A stretch of 47,735 nucleotides of DNA. Source: Candidatus Thorarchaeota archaeon. Its GTDB lineage: Archaea; Asgardarchaeota; Thorarchaeia; Thorarchaeales; Thorarchaeaceae. Numbering within the stretch: position 1 is the stretch's first letter; every line of letters starts with the position of its first letter. Below, piece after piece: positions 18,510 to 28,603 of the stretch. Position numbers and translations under genes: made by a program. Where the stretch lies: NCBI GenBank assembly GCA_046758445.1, contig JBHIAE010000024.1:1-47735 (forward strand), read 5' to 3'. The notes under the pieces are model-generated. The model worked only from the letters and a program-made list of their open reading frames with translations, had not been told where the DNA came from and ran no database searches.

Positions 18510-20678
18510 ATGGTGGGCGATAAGTCGACAGTTCTTCTATGCACCTGCGGAAAACAGCTCCAGCTTGACTACGAATTACTTGACAGAGAGGTCGGCAAGC
18601 TAGACTTGGCCAAGTCTGTTGTCACTCACGACCTAGTCTGCCAAGAAGACGGACTCGAGGTCATTGCCAAGCTGGTGGACAGCAGCGATGGCAGAGTTGT
18701 GATTGCTGCCTGTACGAGTCAGAAGATCCAACCGCGAATCGATCAATACCTTCAAGCTCTCGGCAAGGACCCCTCAAAGATTGTCTACACCAACATACGT
18801 GAGCACTCAGCCTGGGTACACAAAGACCCTCCAGAGGCATCAAAGAAGACCCTTGATATGATTAGAGGGTCCCTAGCCCGTTCTTCGCTCTCCACGTCCC
18901 TTCAGCCTGAGAAGAGAGAAGTGTCAAGTCACGTGACCGTAATTGGTGGAGGTATCGCCGGCATTGAGGCTGCTCTAAGCCTCTCCAATCTTGGCTATCA
19001 AGTCACACTGGTTGAGATAGAGGAAGAACTTGGAGGACATGTGATTCATCTCCCCTTGGTTGCTCCCACCGGAAAGTCAGGAAAGGAAGTATTGAGTGGT
19101 CGGCTTAGTGCACTCGAGAATGACAAGAACATCAACGTCATGAAGAAGACCCGTGTGAAGTTTGCAGAGGGTGAGATGGGCAACTTCACGATTCACTACG
19201 TTGTGGACGACGATGAGGAAGAGAGGACCTTTCAGACATCAGCTGTGGTCCTAGCAACGGGATTCGAAGAGTTCAAGCCCACAATGATGGATGAATACCG
19301 CTACGGCAAGAATCCCGATGTGATTACACAGTTTGAGCTCTCTCAGATGCTCACTGGGAATGGACTCATACGCCCATCAGATGGCAAACCCGTGAAGGAT
19401 GTTGTCATGGTTCAATGCGTGGGAAGTAGGTCTGAAGACTACAAGAGAGACTGTAGCAAGCTATGTTGTACCTTCGCTATTGACAACTCGTTGGAGATCA
19501 TGCACAAAGTCAGTGATGCAAATGTCCGTATGGTGTACATGGATATTCGTGTGCCCTTTGAGAATGAGATGATCTACAAGGACTCCAGGGAGCAAGGTGT
19601 TGACTACATACGTGGTAGAATCAGCATGGTGTGGGAGAAGGATGGACAAACACACGTGCAGATCTACGACTCCTTGATGAACCAATACTTTGAGGTCACA
19701 CCAGACCTCCTAGTTCTCTCAACGGCAATTCTCCCACCATTGGGTGTTGCAGAGCTCTCTGAAACTCTCGGCTATGCGCTTGAGGAAGATGGGCATGTAA
19801 AGGACCTCTACGGCAAGCTACGGAGAACAGAGACCCGCAGACGTGGGGTCGTCGCTGCAGGTGGTGTCACTCGTCCACAGTTTGTGTTCGAGGCAGTGAC
19901 CGACGCACAAGCGGCTGCCTTGGTCTTGCATAACGAACTCCATGGAGGCATCATTGAGAAGAACGCTCGCGGGGCCGTGCTGAACGTCGACGATTGTGTG
20001 GGCTGCAGTCTATGCGCCCAGCAATGCCCACGTGGAGTCCCCCTGATGATTGAAGAACCAGAGCCGGAGGAGGAAGACGAGGAACAGAAGATACTGTTCA
20101 AGGCCGCAATTGAGACTCTGAACTGCCATTCATGTGGGGTATGTCAGAGCCTGTGTCCGTCAGGAGCAACACAGCTTAATTTCCTCTCAAATGAACAGCT
20201 CTGGGCTGAGATTGATGCAGTCTTGGAGGATGCTGGTTCCGAACAGCCAATCACGGTCTGTTTCTACTGTGAAGAGTGTTCTGTTTCCACCATAGACATC
20301 GTCGGTACTAGGAGAATGGAATATCCTGCCAGCACCCGATTGATCCCTGTACCTTGCGCCGGGAGGGTCTCTATAGTTGACATTCTGAAGACCTTTGAAC
20401 GTGGTGCCAGCACCGTCATGATCGCCGCATGCGAAACCGACCGGTGTCACATCGGTGGTACTGGCAACGAGATAGCTCAGGTTCAGGTGGACGTCACCCG
20501 CGACATATTGAATGCGATTGGCTGGAAGGGCGAAAGAGTCGACATGTTCCGCATGTTCAGCGCAGAGCCCGATAGATTCACTAGTGCAATCAAAGAAATG
20601 GTGAAACGCGCTGAAAAGCTAGGACCAACCCCAGTTCACACGGGGACTGCTGGCAAGTGGATGGAGGTGACTGAGTGA
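18510..20678 (+). CDS. hdrA: HdrA-MvhD fusion protein
   Basis: N-terminal CTC...C...AAC..NIRE domain, GGGIAG, QCVGSR..CSKLCC, two CxxCxxCxxxCP, C-terminal MvhD (CEEC, VPCAGR, AAC..DRCH). Confidence 0.92.
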   Translation: MVGDKSTVLLCTCGKQLQLDYELLDREVGKLDLAKSVVTHDLVCQEDGLEVIAKLVDSSDGRVVIAACTSQKIQPRIDQYLQALGKDPSKIVYTNIREHSAWVHKDPPEASKKTLDMIRGSLARSSLSTSLQPEKREVSSHVTVIGGGIAGIEAALSLSNLGYQVTLVEIEEELGGHVIHLPLVAPTGKSGKEVLSGRLSALENDKNINVMKKTRVKFAEGEMGNFTIHYVVDDDEEERTFQTSAVVLATGFEEFKPTMMDEYRYGKNPDVITQFELSQMLTGNGLIRPSDGKPVKDVVMVQCVGSRSEDYKRDCSKLCCTFAIDNSLEIMHKVSDANVRMVYMDIRVPFENEMIYKDSREQGVDYIRGRISMVWEKDGQTHVQIYDSLMNQYFEVTPDLLVLSTAILPPLGVAELSETLGYALEEDGHVKDLYGKLRRTETRRRGVVAAGGVTRPQFVFEAVTDAQAAALVLHNELHGGIIEKNARGAVLNVDDCVGCSLCAQQCPRGVPLMIEEPEPEEEDEEQKILFKAAIETLNCHSCGVCQSLCPSGATQLNFLSNEQLWAEIDAVLEDAGSEQPITVCFYCEECSVSTIDIVGTRRMEYPASTRLIPVPCAGRVSIVDILKTFERGASTVMIAACETDRCHIGGTGNEIAQVQVDVTRDILNAIGWKGERVDMFRMFSAEPDRFTSAIKEMVKRAEKLGPTPVHTGTAGKWMEVTE

Positions 20679-22933
20679 CCGAGTCCACTAGCAGTATGGC
20701 ACCGAAGAGGCGCCGAATGATGGACATGATCCTAGCTCTGGGTGGCTTGAAGGAAGAGTCTGCGATTCCGCTCAGTAGAGTCAGCGAGGAGATCACAAGA
20801 CTCAGTGGTGAGCTGGAACCACTTACCGAAGAGATATTCGCGTTTCCAGACTCCTATTTTGAACACTTCCTTGAAATGGCAGAGAAATCCAACATAATCT
20901 CCCAGATTGCTGACAGGGGTATTCTGAGAGAGGCCATTGCCAGTCTTGAGGGCGCACTGTCTCTTGACGATTCTCAAGGAGTCAGAGGGATTCTAGAACT
21001 TCTGAGATCCGCACTGGAATCCATTGAGGCTGCAGACGTAGTCGAAGAGGGTGAAATCGCAGTTGATCTCGAGTCTGTATTGGAGCCACTTCCAAGCTCG
21101 ATAACACAGATTGAGCTGGCAGTTGATGAATATGAGGCCACTGCGCAGTCTGACGCAGAAGCCGCAAGTATGGAACTGAAGTCACTAATCGACTCGATAT
21201 CGAAGACGGTTCCAGAGATTGAGAAAGACCCTGCAGTAGCGCTTGATGCGCTTCAGAAACTGGGCACAAAGACCAGATACGGACCATTTCTAAGAACAGC
21301 CGCACAAATCAAGCGCGGTATTCGTGAGGGTAGAATCAGCACAGACCGTGCGTTGCCACTTGTTTCCCAGAATGCTCTCACAGAGCTCAGACGTGGAGTG
21401 ATCATCTTCATTCTGGACAAGATGGGTTCGAAGACCGTCGTTGAAATCAGCAGTTTGATGGAAACGCCTTCTTCAGAGATTCAGTCAGTCATAGTGAGCA
21501 TGATTCAAAGGAGTGAGGTCGAGATGCTTGGCCTCGACGGCGATGCGCCAGTCTTTGGCAGAGTGCTGGACTCAGTCCCTGATACGACCAAGGTTCTGAA
21601 GCGGCTAAGACAACAGACTCGCGGAATGGCCAAGTCTTTGGAGGGAACTCTGAAAGAGTCCGTCGAGAACTCATCGAACAAGATGGATCTTCTCTTTGAG
21701 CGACTGCAGAAATTGGGCAAGTACGATGAAACACTGCTTGCGGAGCCAATGAATGACCTCCGAGAATCAGTAGACAGCGCCACGGAGGCACTCCTGATGA
21801 CTCAGGCATCAGATAGTTCTGATGACCTGCGCCTGCTTGTCTCAGCAGGTCTGGAGGCCTTTGCGAGATTCAGACTGAAGATAGCACTGGAGAAGGGTCC
21901 CAATCTTGTTTCTGGAACTAATGTATATGGTGAGAAGTTGGACCCAGATGTCTACGAGGAGATAATGTCCACGTACCTAGACAGCGAGCTGGAAAGGGGG
22001 ACAATCTTGGTACTGATTCGTGAACTTGGAGCCATGACGACAAAGGACTTGGCCGAGAGGACCAACATCTCTCAAGATCGAATTCTCCAGCATCTCTTGC
22101 GTATGAAGCGGGACGAGCTACTCACTCTGGCTGGCGAGAGTCATGGATACATTCTCTATGATGTTCCCAGAACGCCATCAGATGAAGAGGTCGTGATTGA
22201 GACCGTGAGTACACTTGCTCTTCAGCTGGCTGAGGCCAAATCCGGTTTAAAAGCGATTCTTGAGGACTTCAAGGCTGAAGACATTGGGAATTTGGCGAAT
22301 GCCTTTGAAACCTTCTCAAAAGGCCGTGACAAGCTAGCTAAGATTACCATCGCGGGAAGCGTTGTGGGCGAATCTATACTTACGGGTGTGGAGGAGGCCA
22401 TCAAGTCGGCTGTTTCGTTGGCATATCGTACTCGTGCAAGGATTCCGAGCACACGTCCCAAGGTGACATTGGACGACCTGATGGATGTGGATGTACCCTC
22501 AGTCTTGGATGAGTACCGGTCAATGATGGGCTACGCTCCACTCCTGGGCTTCGGCACTGTCGAATGGGACCATTCGAAGTGTCTTGGATGCAAGTCCTGC
22601 GAGATATCCTGTCCCGAAGATGCCATCAAACTCAAGCCGCTGATTCAGACCTCAGACCTCTTTGAGTTCTCTGAAGACGCTCTTGAGAAACTGCCTGTCA
22701 ATAGAGCACTCTTCTATAGAACAGTAAGGAATCTTGCCGCCAAGAAGCCAGTCGCAGACATAGTCCTAGACAAAGAGTCACCTGGGTTCGGAACTGTGGC
22801 CGTGGACCTATGGCTCTGTGTCGCGTGTCGTACGTGCGTACGACGCTGTCCAGGACCCGAAAGCGGTGCATTAGAGCTCGATCTCAAGTGGAGTCTGCCT
22901 GAGGTCGTCCGTCAGATCACAGCTCAGGACTGA
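20675..22933 (+). CDS. 752-aa helical protein with two wHTH modules and a C-terminal 2x[4Fe-4S] ferredoxin
   Basis: Two EL.RG.I..L....G..T..E/D wHTH-like repeats; CLGCKSCEISCP and CVACRTCVRRCP; GTGA overlap with the hdrA-mvhD gene. Confidence 0.8.
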   Translation: MTESTSSMAPKRRRMMDMILALGGLKEESAIPLSRVSEEITRLSGELEPLTEEIFAFPDSYFEHFLEMAEKSNIISQIADRGILREAIASLEGALSLDDSQGVRGILELLRSALESIEAADVVEEGEIAVDLESVLEPLPSSITQIELAVDEYEATAQSDAEAASMELKSLIDSISKTVPEIEKDPAVALDALQKLGTKTRYGPFLRTAAQIKRGIREGRISTDRALPLVSQNALTELRRGVIIFILDKMGSKTVVEISSLMETPSSEIQSVIVSMIQRSEVEMLGLDGDAPVFGRVLDSVPDTTKVLKRLRQQTRGMAKSLEGTLKESVENSSNKMDLLFERLQKLGKYDETLLAEPMNDLRESVDSATEALLMTQASDSSDDLRLLVSAGLEAFARFRLKIALEKGPNLVSGTNVYGEKLDPDVYEEIMSTYLDSELERGTILVLIRELGAMTTKDLAERTNISQDRILQHLLRMKRDELLTLAGESHGYILYDVPRTPSDEEVVIETVSTLALQLAEAKSGLKAILEDFKAEDIGNLANAFETFSKGRDKLAKITIAGSVVGESILTGVEEAIKSAVSLAYRTRARIPSTRPKVTLDDLMDVDVPSVLDEYRSMMGYAPLLGFGTVEWDHSKCLGCKSCEISCPEDAIKLKPLIQTSDLFEFSEDALEKLPVNRALFYRTVRNLAAKKPVADIVLDKESPGFGTVAVDLWLCVACRTCVRRCPGPESGALELDLKWSLPEVVRQITAQD

Positions 22934-23020
22934 AACTCACCTCACACCGTTCCTCTTGGGAAATGGCCTTATACAGCATATTGTTACCTCTTCTACCACA
23001 GAAACGTATGAGGGAGCGTA

Positions 23021-24220
23021 ATGGTCGATTTCAGTTTCACTAGGGCGCAGCTTGAGCTTCAAGGCAGGGCCCGTGAGTTTGCACAAGAGTACATGATTCC
23101 ATACTCTCACTACTATGACAAGACTAGAGAGTTTCCACTCCCAATCATCAGGAAATGCTGGGAGGCTGGTCTGATGAACCTCGGCATTCCCAAGGAGTTC
23201 GGGGGACCGGGGCTAGGAGTGCTAGAGCAGTGCATAGTGGTCGAAGAGATGGCGGCCGGATGTGCAGGGATGACAACAAGCATCTATGTCAACACTCTCG
23301 GAGCCGAGCCCATTCTACTCGCTGGCAATAAGGAACAGAAGGAGAAGTATCTCAAGCCACTCATAGAGGATCTCAAGTTCGTCAGCTTTGCCTGTTCAGA
23401 GCCTGGGATGGGAAGTGATGTAGCAGGAATCCAGACCAGAGTGAAGAAGGAAGGCTCGGACTATGTTCTGAATGGGTCAAAGTTCTGGATAACAAATGCC
23501 CCTCATGCGGACTACTTCACGGTGTTCGCAAGTCTTGACCCGGGTCAGAGACATAAGGCCCTCTGTGCGTTCATAGTCGACGCCGAAACTCCTGGCGTCA
23601 AGACGGGTCGCCCGGTTGAAAAGATGGGTCACAGGGCATCTACCACTTCTTCAGTCATCTTTCGAAATGCCAGAGTCCCAGAGGAGAACCTCTTGGGCTC
23701 AGAGGGCCAGGGATTTCCAATTGCGATGAAGACATTCTCTATGACGAGACCCGCCATTGCAGCTTTCTCTACAGGTCTTGCTAGGGCCGCCATGGAGTAC
23801 GCGAGAGAGTATGTCAACAAGAGGGAGGCATTCACTCAGAAGCTTCGAGAGTTCGAGGTCATTCAGTTCAAACTGGCAGAGATGTACATGAAGGTAGAGG
23901 CCTCCCGTGGGTTATATCTGAAAGCAGCCGTGGCAGCTGACACAGAAGACGACTGCACTGTGCCTGCGAGCGTCGCAAAGGCCTATGCGACAGATGCTGC
24001 GATGGAGATAGCAAGCGAAGCCGTGCAGATCCATGGAGGATACGGCTACATCGACCAATATCCGCTAGAGAAGCTATTCCGGGACGCAAAACTGTACCAG
24101 ATATACGAAGGCACGAGTGAGATTCAGCGGCTAATCCTGGGCCGTCACGTGCTGAAGGGCTATGAACCAGTGATGAGGAAGCAGCCCAAGTGGGTGAACA
24201 TGAAGCCCCCCGATTTCTGA
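23021..24220 (+). CDS. acd: Acyl-CoA dehydrogenase
   Basis: SEPGMGSD, NGSKFWITN, QIHGGYGY, RDAK..QIYEGTSEIQR. Confidence 0.95.
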   Translation: MVDFSFTRAQLELQGRAREFAQEYMIPYSHYYDKTREFPLPIIRKCWEAGLMNLGIPKEFGGPGLGVLEQCIVVEEMAAGCAGMTTSIYVNTLGAEPILLAGNKEQKEKYLKPLIEDLKFVSFACSEPGMGSDVAGIQTRVKKEGSDYVLNGSKFWITNAPHADYFTVFASLDPGQRHKALCAFIVDAETPGVKTGRPVEKMGHRASTTSSVIFRNARVPEENLLGSEGQGFPIAMKTFSMTRPAIAAFSTGLARAAMEYAREYVNKREAFTQKLREFEVIQFKLAEMYMKVEASRGLYLKAAVAADTEDDCTVPASVAKAYATDAAMEIASEAVQIHGGYGYIDQYPLEKLFRDAKLYQIYEGTSEIQRLILGRHVLKGYEPVMRKQPKWVNMKPPDF

Positions 24221-24246
24221 ACCCATCATCCACAAGGTGATGAAAC

Positions 24247-24618
24247 GTGTGGATAAAGCGACTCAACGAATGTGAAGAGATTGTGGCCCTCGATGGCACG
24301 GTTCTCCGTGAATTGTTGAACCCCAGACACGAAGAGGCTGACCTGAAGCTTGGCTATAGTCTGGCCCATGCCATTGTCAAGCCAGGTGAATCGTCTGCCC
24401 CCCATCGTTTCTTTGAGGCCTCTGAGGTCTACTATGTACTCCAAGGTACAGGCAAGATGCACATCGACGATGAAGCTGCAGATGTGAGCACGGGGGACAC
24501 AATCTACATTCCACCAATGGGAGTTCAATACATTGAGAACACAGGAGAAACTGACTTAGTGTTCTTATGCATTGTAGCCCCTTCTTGGTATGCAGAAGCC
24601 GAAGAGCTAGTAGGATAG
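24247..24618 (+). CDS. Cupin domain protein
   Basis: YSLAHA...PH....EVYYVLQG.G...GD.IYIPP...IENTG. Confidence 0.88.
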   Translation: MWIKRLNECEEIVALDGTVLRELLNPRHEEADLKLGYSLAHAIVKPGESSAPHRFFEASEVYYVLQGTGKMHIDDEAADVSTGDTIYIPPMGVQYIENTGETDLVFLCIVAPSWYAEAEELVG

Positions 24619-24679
24619 CATTAGACAAACGCAGCTTCTCCGGTCGCTGCAAGCAACTACGCAGCTGGTGAGGAGAACC

Positions 24680-25480
24680 ATGCAGGTTCGTGTATTGTCT
24701 GAACAAGAGCTTGATATTGTCGCCTCAATATGCCTTGATCCTAGCGTCCCGGCAAAATGGCGCAAGATCATGAAACCAAACATGGACGCCCGGAAAGACT
24801 GGTTGAGGACCATGATGCCAAAGGGGCTTCAAGTGACTGCCGCTCTGGGTTCAACTGGAGAGCGAAAAGGTCTGATTGAACATGTTCCTATTCAGTATGC
24901 ATCCGAACCCGTTGAAGGGAAGAGATCACTCTTCATCAACTGTATCTGGGTTGCTGAGGCGTTCTGGCGTATGGGAGTGGCTAGACCCCTCATGGAGCAT
25001 TGTATCAGCAGGGCCAGAGAATTTGGAGGGCTTAGTGTCCTAGCTTACGACGGCGACAAGTGGTTTGGTTTCATGCCGTATATGCCATCCAGTTTCTTTG
25101 AGAAGTTCGATTTCATTGAGGTCGAGCGGGATGAATCCCGTGTGCTACTACATCTCGATCTGGGTGGCGGTCAAACTCCTTCACTGATACCTCCAAAGAC
25201 CCGGAGGTTGCACAAGGGAGATCAACCGATTGTTGAAGTTCTGTTCAATAATCAATGCCCGTGGTCTGGGTGGATGGTTGAGAAAGTTCGGAAAAGCACG
25301 AAGAGATACGGTGCGGTGGTCCAGGCAGTAAACACAGATGATAGGAGGGTTGTGGTGGAATATGGGCTCTCTAGGGGCGTCTGTGTTGACGGCGTGCCTG
25401 CAGTGAAGAGAATGGCAACTGTGAAAGAGGTTGAGGCCGCAGTGAGAACAGCCTTAGAAAAGGCAGAAGGGAAGAGATGA
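24680..25480 (+). CDS. GNAT acetyltransferase with a thioredoxin-like/YoaP-type C-terminal domain
   Basis: FINCIWV....RMGVAR.L acetyl-CoA motif, FFEKFDF, QCPW. Confidence 0.8.
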   Translation: MQVRVLSEQELDIVASICLDPSVPAKWRKIMKPNMDARKDWLRTMMPKGLQVTAALGSTGERKGLIEHVPIQYASEPVEGKRSLFINCIWVAEAFWRMGVARPLMEHCISRAREFGGLSVLAYDGDKWFGFMPYMPSSFFEKFDFIEVERDESRVLLHLDLGGGQTPSLIPPKTRRLHKGDQPIVEVLFNNQCPWSGWMVEKVRKSTKRYGAVVQAVNTDDRRVVVEYGLSRGVCVDGVPAVKRMATVKEVEAAVRTALEKAEGKR

Positions 25481-25860
25481 AGGCCGACTACGACGCGCTC
25501 TACCCAATATCCCAAAACGCAGGAAAGCCGTTCAAGTCTTAGACCCGACAGTGGTTCGGTTTCTCTCACTCGGTTAAGCTGTCTTTTTCGTATCTGATAC
25601 CATCGAACTGATACTTCGATACCCAGCCTTACCGTTTGCCAACCTGCCATTTGTGTTGTTTTTGTCGCTTGGTCAACTTCTGATTGGGTTTATGACCTCG
25701 CTCAACACAACGGGCCCAGACGCTGCCATCAGGCACCTCTTGAACGGCTTAACTATAGTGAAGGAACAAGGTGTAATAAACTATGAGATATCTGCACATC
25801 CTCATGTTATAGCATCAAAGGGTCTTGATTAGCGGATGTCTGAAGATTGATAGGCACGAA

Positions 25861-26370
25861 ATGCTTCATCGCTCTTTGGTTTCAATGAAGGTTTTCAAGC
25901 CTCTAGTCGCATTCTTGGTTCTGCTTGCTACAATATCTATACTAGCTGGCATGCTCTTCCCAGAGTCAGTTTCTGTTCTGAGTTATTCACCAACAATGTT
26001 TCTCCTGGTATGCTTTGCTAATGCAGCTCACTTTCTAGAAGAGGGCTGGACATAGGCCTGGGAGGCAGAAGGGCTCATCCGAAAGAATCCAGACGGTATA
26101 CCCAAGGAGCCAATGTATGACAAGGCATTTTTCGTCGCGTTCTCTCATTCAATCGTGCTCCTGAGTTTCTTGTTCTACCTCCCGATTGCCAATGGCGATC
26201 CATGGGCCCTGCTGTTCGGACTGGGTGTGTCATTCAACGGTGTCGTGAATGGGGTGGTTCATCTTGGAATACTCTTCAAGTTCAGAAGAAACACAGGAGC
26301 AGTTTCAGGGCTCTTTCAGTTGCTCTTTGGTTCGTTGGTAATTGCTTCCCTGTTCATTCCCATCATCTAA
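25861..26370 (+). pseudogene. HXXEE-domain membrane protein interrupted by an in-frame TAG at 26053-26055
   Basis: HFLEE motif before the TAG; the frame continues stop-free into 26113..26370 with the matching NG..H...TG...G motifs. Confidence 0.72.
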
Positions 26371-26386
26371 GACTGAAAATGCAGCA

Positions 26387-27013
26387 TCAGACAGTTCGTT
26401 GTTCCAAGAGCGCATTAGCCTTCTCAACTGCTTCGGCAGTATTACGTGCATAGGCATCAGCACCTATTGAGTCGGCGAATCGCTGTGATACTGGAGCCCC
26501 TCCGACCATAATACCCACGTTATCACGTAATCCAGCTGACTCAATTGCTTTGATAGTGGTTTCCATCTCAAGCATCGTAGTTGTGACAAGTGCCGACAAT
26601 CCTACTAGCTGAGGGCGATGTTCTCTTACTGCATCCACAAAGTTCTCGGGGGCCACATCGATTCCAAGATCTATCACCTCTATGCCCGCTCCCCTCAGCA
26701 TAGTTGCTACTAGATTCTTGCCTATGTTGTGTATGTCACCTCGTACCGTACCCAGTACGATCTTTCCGAAGGACTGTCGGGTACCTTCCGCAAAGGTTGG
26801 TTCCAGCAGAACCATCGCTTTTTCGAACGCTTCTGCTGAACACATCATCTCGACCACGAAGGCTTCGCCCCTCTGAAATCTCTCACCAACCAAACGCAAT
26901 CCTTGGACCAGGTCCTTTAGGACCTCTTCTGGTTCTCCATGTCTTAGTGCAGCCTCAACTGCGTCCACAATGTCATAGACATTTCCTAAGGCAACCAGAT
27001 CGGTCAATGACAT
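26387..27013 (-). CDS. Methyltransferase cognate corrinoid protein (MtbC/MtaC-like)
   Basis: B12 motif GDIHNIGKNLV, DLGIDV, LSALVTTTM, VGGAP. Confidence 0.93.
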   Translation of the reverse strand: MSLTDLVALGNVYDIVDAVEAALRHGEPEEVLKDLVQGLRLVGERFQRGEAFVVEMMCSAEAFEKAMVLLEPTFAEGTRQSFGKIVLGTVRGDIHNIGKNLVATMLRGAGIEVIDLGIDVAPENFVDAVREHRPQLVGLSALVTTTMLEMETTIKAIESAGLRDNVGIMVGGAPVSQRFADSIGADAYARNTAEAVEKANALLEQRTV

Positions 27014-28200
27014 CATCTGTACCTCCCGTACTGTTCAACAGTGTTAAGGACAGCATCCACCTTGGACAAGTCTGTTCCAAGAGGTACTGAGGCGACTCCG
27101 ACTGCCATGGGAGCCTCCATTTCTACTGCAACCTCGCAGACACGCCTCACCTGAGTCGCTATCTCGTCTTCTGTGCCGTCCCGCATGAACTTCCCGTGTA
27201 AAAGAAACTGATAGGGTGTCTTGAGTTGCCTTGATAGTGTAATCATCTCTCGATCGTATTCAGGTGGCGTGAGCCCCAACTCGTTCTGAGGGAACATGTA
27301 GTTGTTGAAGCAGGCGATACCACTGAGCGCTGGATACCTCATAATCTCTTTTGCCACCTCTGGTGATGTTGGCATGTATCCTGCAGTCGGTCGGTGTTTC
27401 TTGAATGCTCTCCATACTTCCTCGACATAGGGATAGATGTAATTGAAGAAGTCCTGTGGTGACATTATAGGCGGATTTGCATACTGGTCAACAATGGCCA
27501 TTCCCAGCATGTTCACGTTTCGTTTCTCATACAACCGTCCGATTGCAATGCTAGCTTGTGTAGTGAAACTCATGAGGCGAGAGAAATACGAAGGATCACC
27601 TCGTGTTCTCACCTTCTCTTTGGTTCCTTCATCGGTTGCTTCCGTGTAGTCCTTATACATTGCAAAATCCCGGATTAGTTTCTCTCCCCTCAGCATGAAT
27701 GCAAGATCATACGCACCATTGATGACGGGAGGTGAAGTCATGTGCGGAAACTGCTTTTGAACCTCCGCAGTAAGTTCAATCCGCGTGCCTAGAGCCCCTT
27801 CCGCTGCAGGAAGAGATAGTTCGTCCAAGTCGCAACGATCCAAAGCATATACATCGGGAGTGGGCTCAACAACTCGATCAATACGCATAGTTGTGCCAAT
27901 CATCTCTTGACCCAAGCCAGCGAGCCCCATCCAACATGCTGGCACAGCTGCATCAACGTTAGGGAAACGGTCTGTTAGTTCAGCAAAGAGTTCAAGGTTG
28001 GCTTCAGCACTATTTGTAAGTCGTATGAAATCATACTCGGGGTTGATTAGTTGCGGGTGAATGTTGGGGGGTACCAGAAGGGTTGCAACTCTATCAACTT
28101 TGGAGAAGAGTGATGTCAACAAGAAACGCTCATGGCCTTTCAGATGCAGCCCAAGCTTCGCCTTTGCCATGCTCTTGATGATGGTTGAAACCATGCGCAT
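27013..28200 (-). CDS. UroD/MtaA-superfamily (MT2-like) methyltransferase, divergent
   Basis: G.YDLA.MLRG, I.D..A....MSP..F....YPY, GT..EI...V, VP.GT....V.A pattern; coupled to the corrinoid gene; start uncertain. Confidence 0.75.
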   Translation of the reverse strand: MRMVSTIIKSMAKAKLGLHLKGHERFLLTSLFSKVDRVATLLVPPNIHPQLINPEYDFIRLTNSAEANLELFAELTDRFPNVDAAVPACWMGLAGLGQEMIGTTMRIDRVVEPTPDVYALDRCDLDELSLPAAEGALGTRIELTAEVQKQFPHMTSPPVINGAYDLAFMLRGEKLIRDFAMYKDYTEATDEGTKEKVRTRGDPSYFSRLMSFTTQASIAIGRLYEKRNVNMLGMAIVDQYANPPIMSPQDFFNYIYPYVEEVWRAFKKHRPTAGYMPTSPEVAKEIMRYPALSGIACFNNYMFPQNELGLTPPEYDREMITLSRQLKTPYQFLLHGKFMRDGTEDEIATQVRRVCEVAVEMEAPMAVGVASVPLGTDLSKVDAVLNTVEQYGRYR

Positions 28201-28511
28201 CAAATCTAATGTCCTCCACAAGGAGAAGAGTTGGAGTCTATGATTTGAAATGGGGAAACTGGCATTCTGCAACTTGAGTATTGTGGCCAGGGAGATCTGG
28301 GTGCCAGATGTGAGATGGAGGCGAGTTCGCAGACCTGCGACAGTCACATTGTTTGGTGATTATAATGACGCCTCCGAATCATGAAGGGTTGTTCGAGATC
28401 AATGCCAAAACTACAAGAAGTAACTAGCGGCCCTGCTTGACATCTCTACATACAGCCTCTCGCTTGTTTTGGATGCCAAAATCATTAGGATGAACAATCT
28501 TCCGAAAGTGT

Positions 28512-28578
28512 GGAGGTTATCACTCAATGTCCCGGATAAACAACTGAGTGAAACCCCTCTGACCGGAAACAGGTCGGA
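28512..28578. repeat. Hairpins / end motifs upstream of tnpB (candidate left end)
   Basis: GGTT-A-TCACTCA (28515-28526) pairs with TGAGTGA-AACC (28545-28555); second hairpin TCTGACC/GGTCGGA at 28558-28578. Confidence 0.55.
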
Positions 28579-28603
28579 GATTTATTAGCTAAGGTGAACG
28601 TGA

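Noticed and set aside
25252-25650. 132-aa minus-strand ORF
   Set aside because: Overlaps the GNAT gene antisense and lacks protein-like motifs
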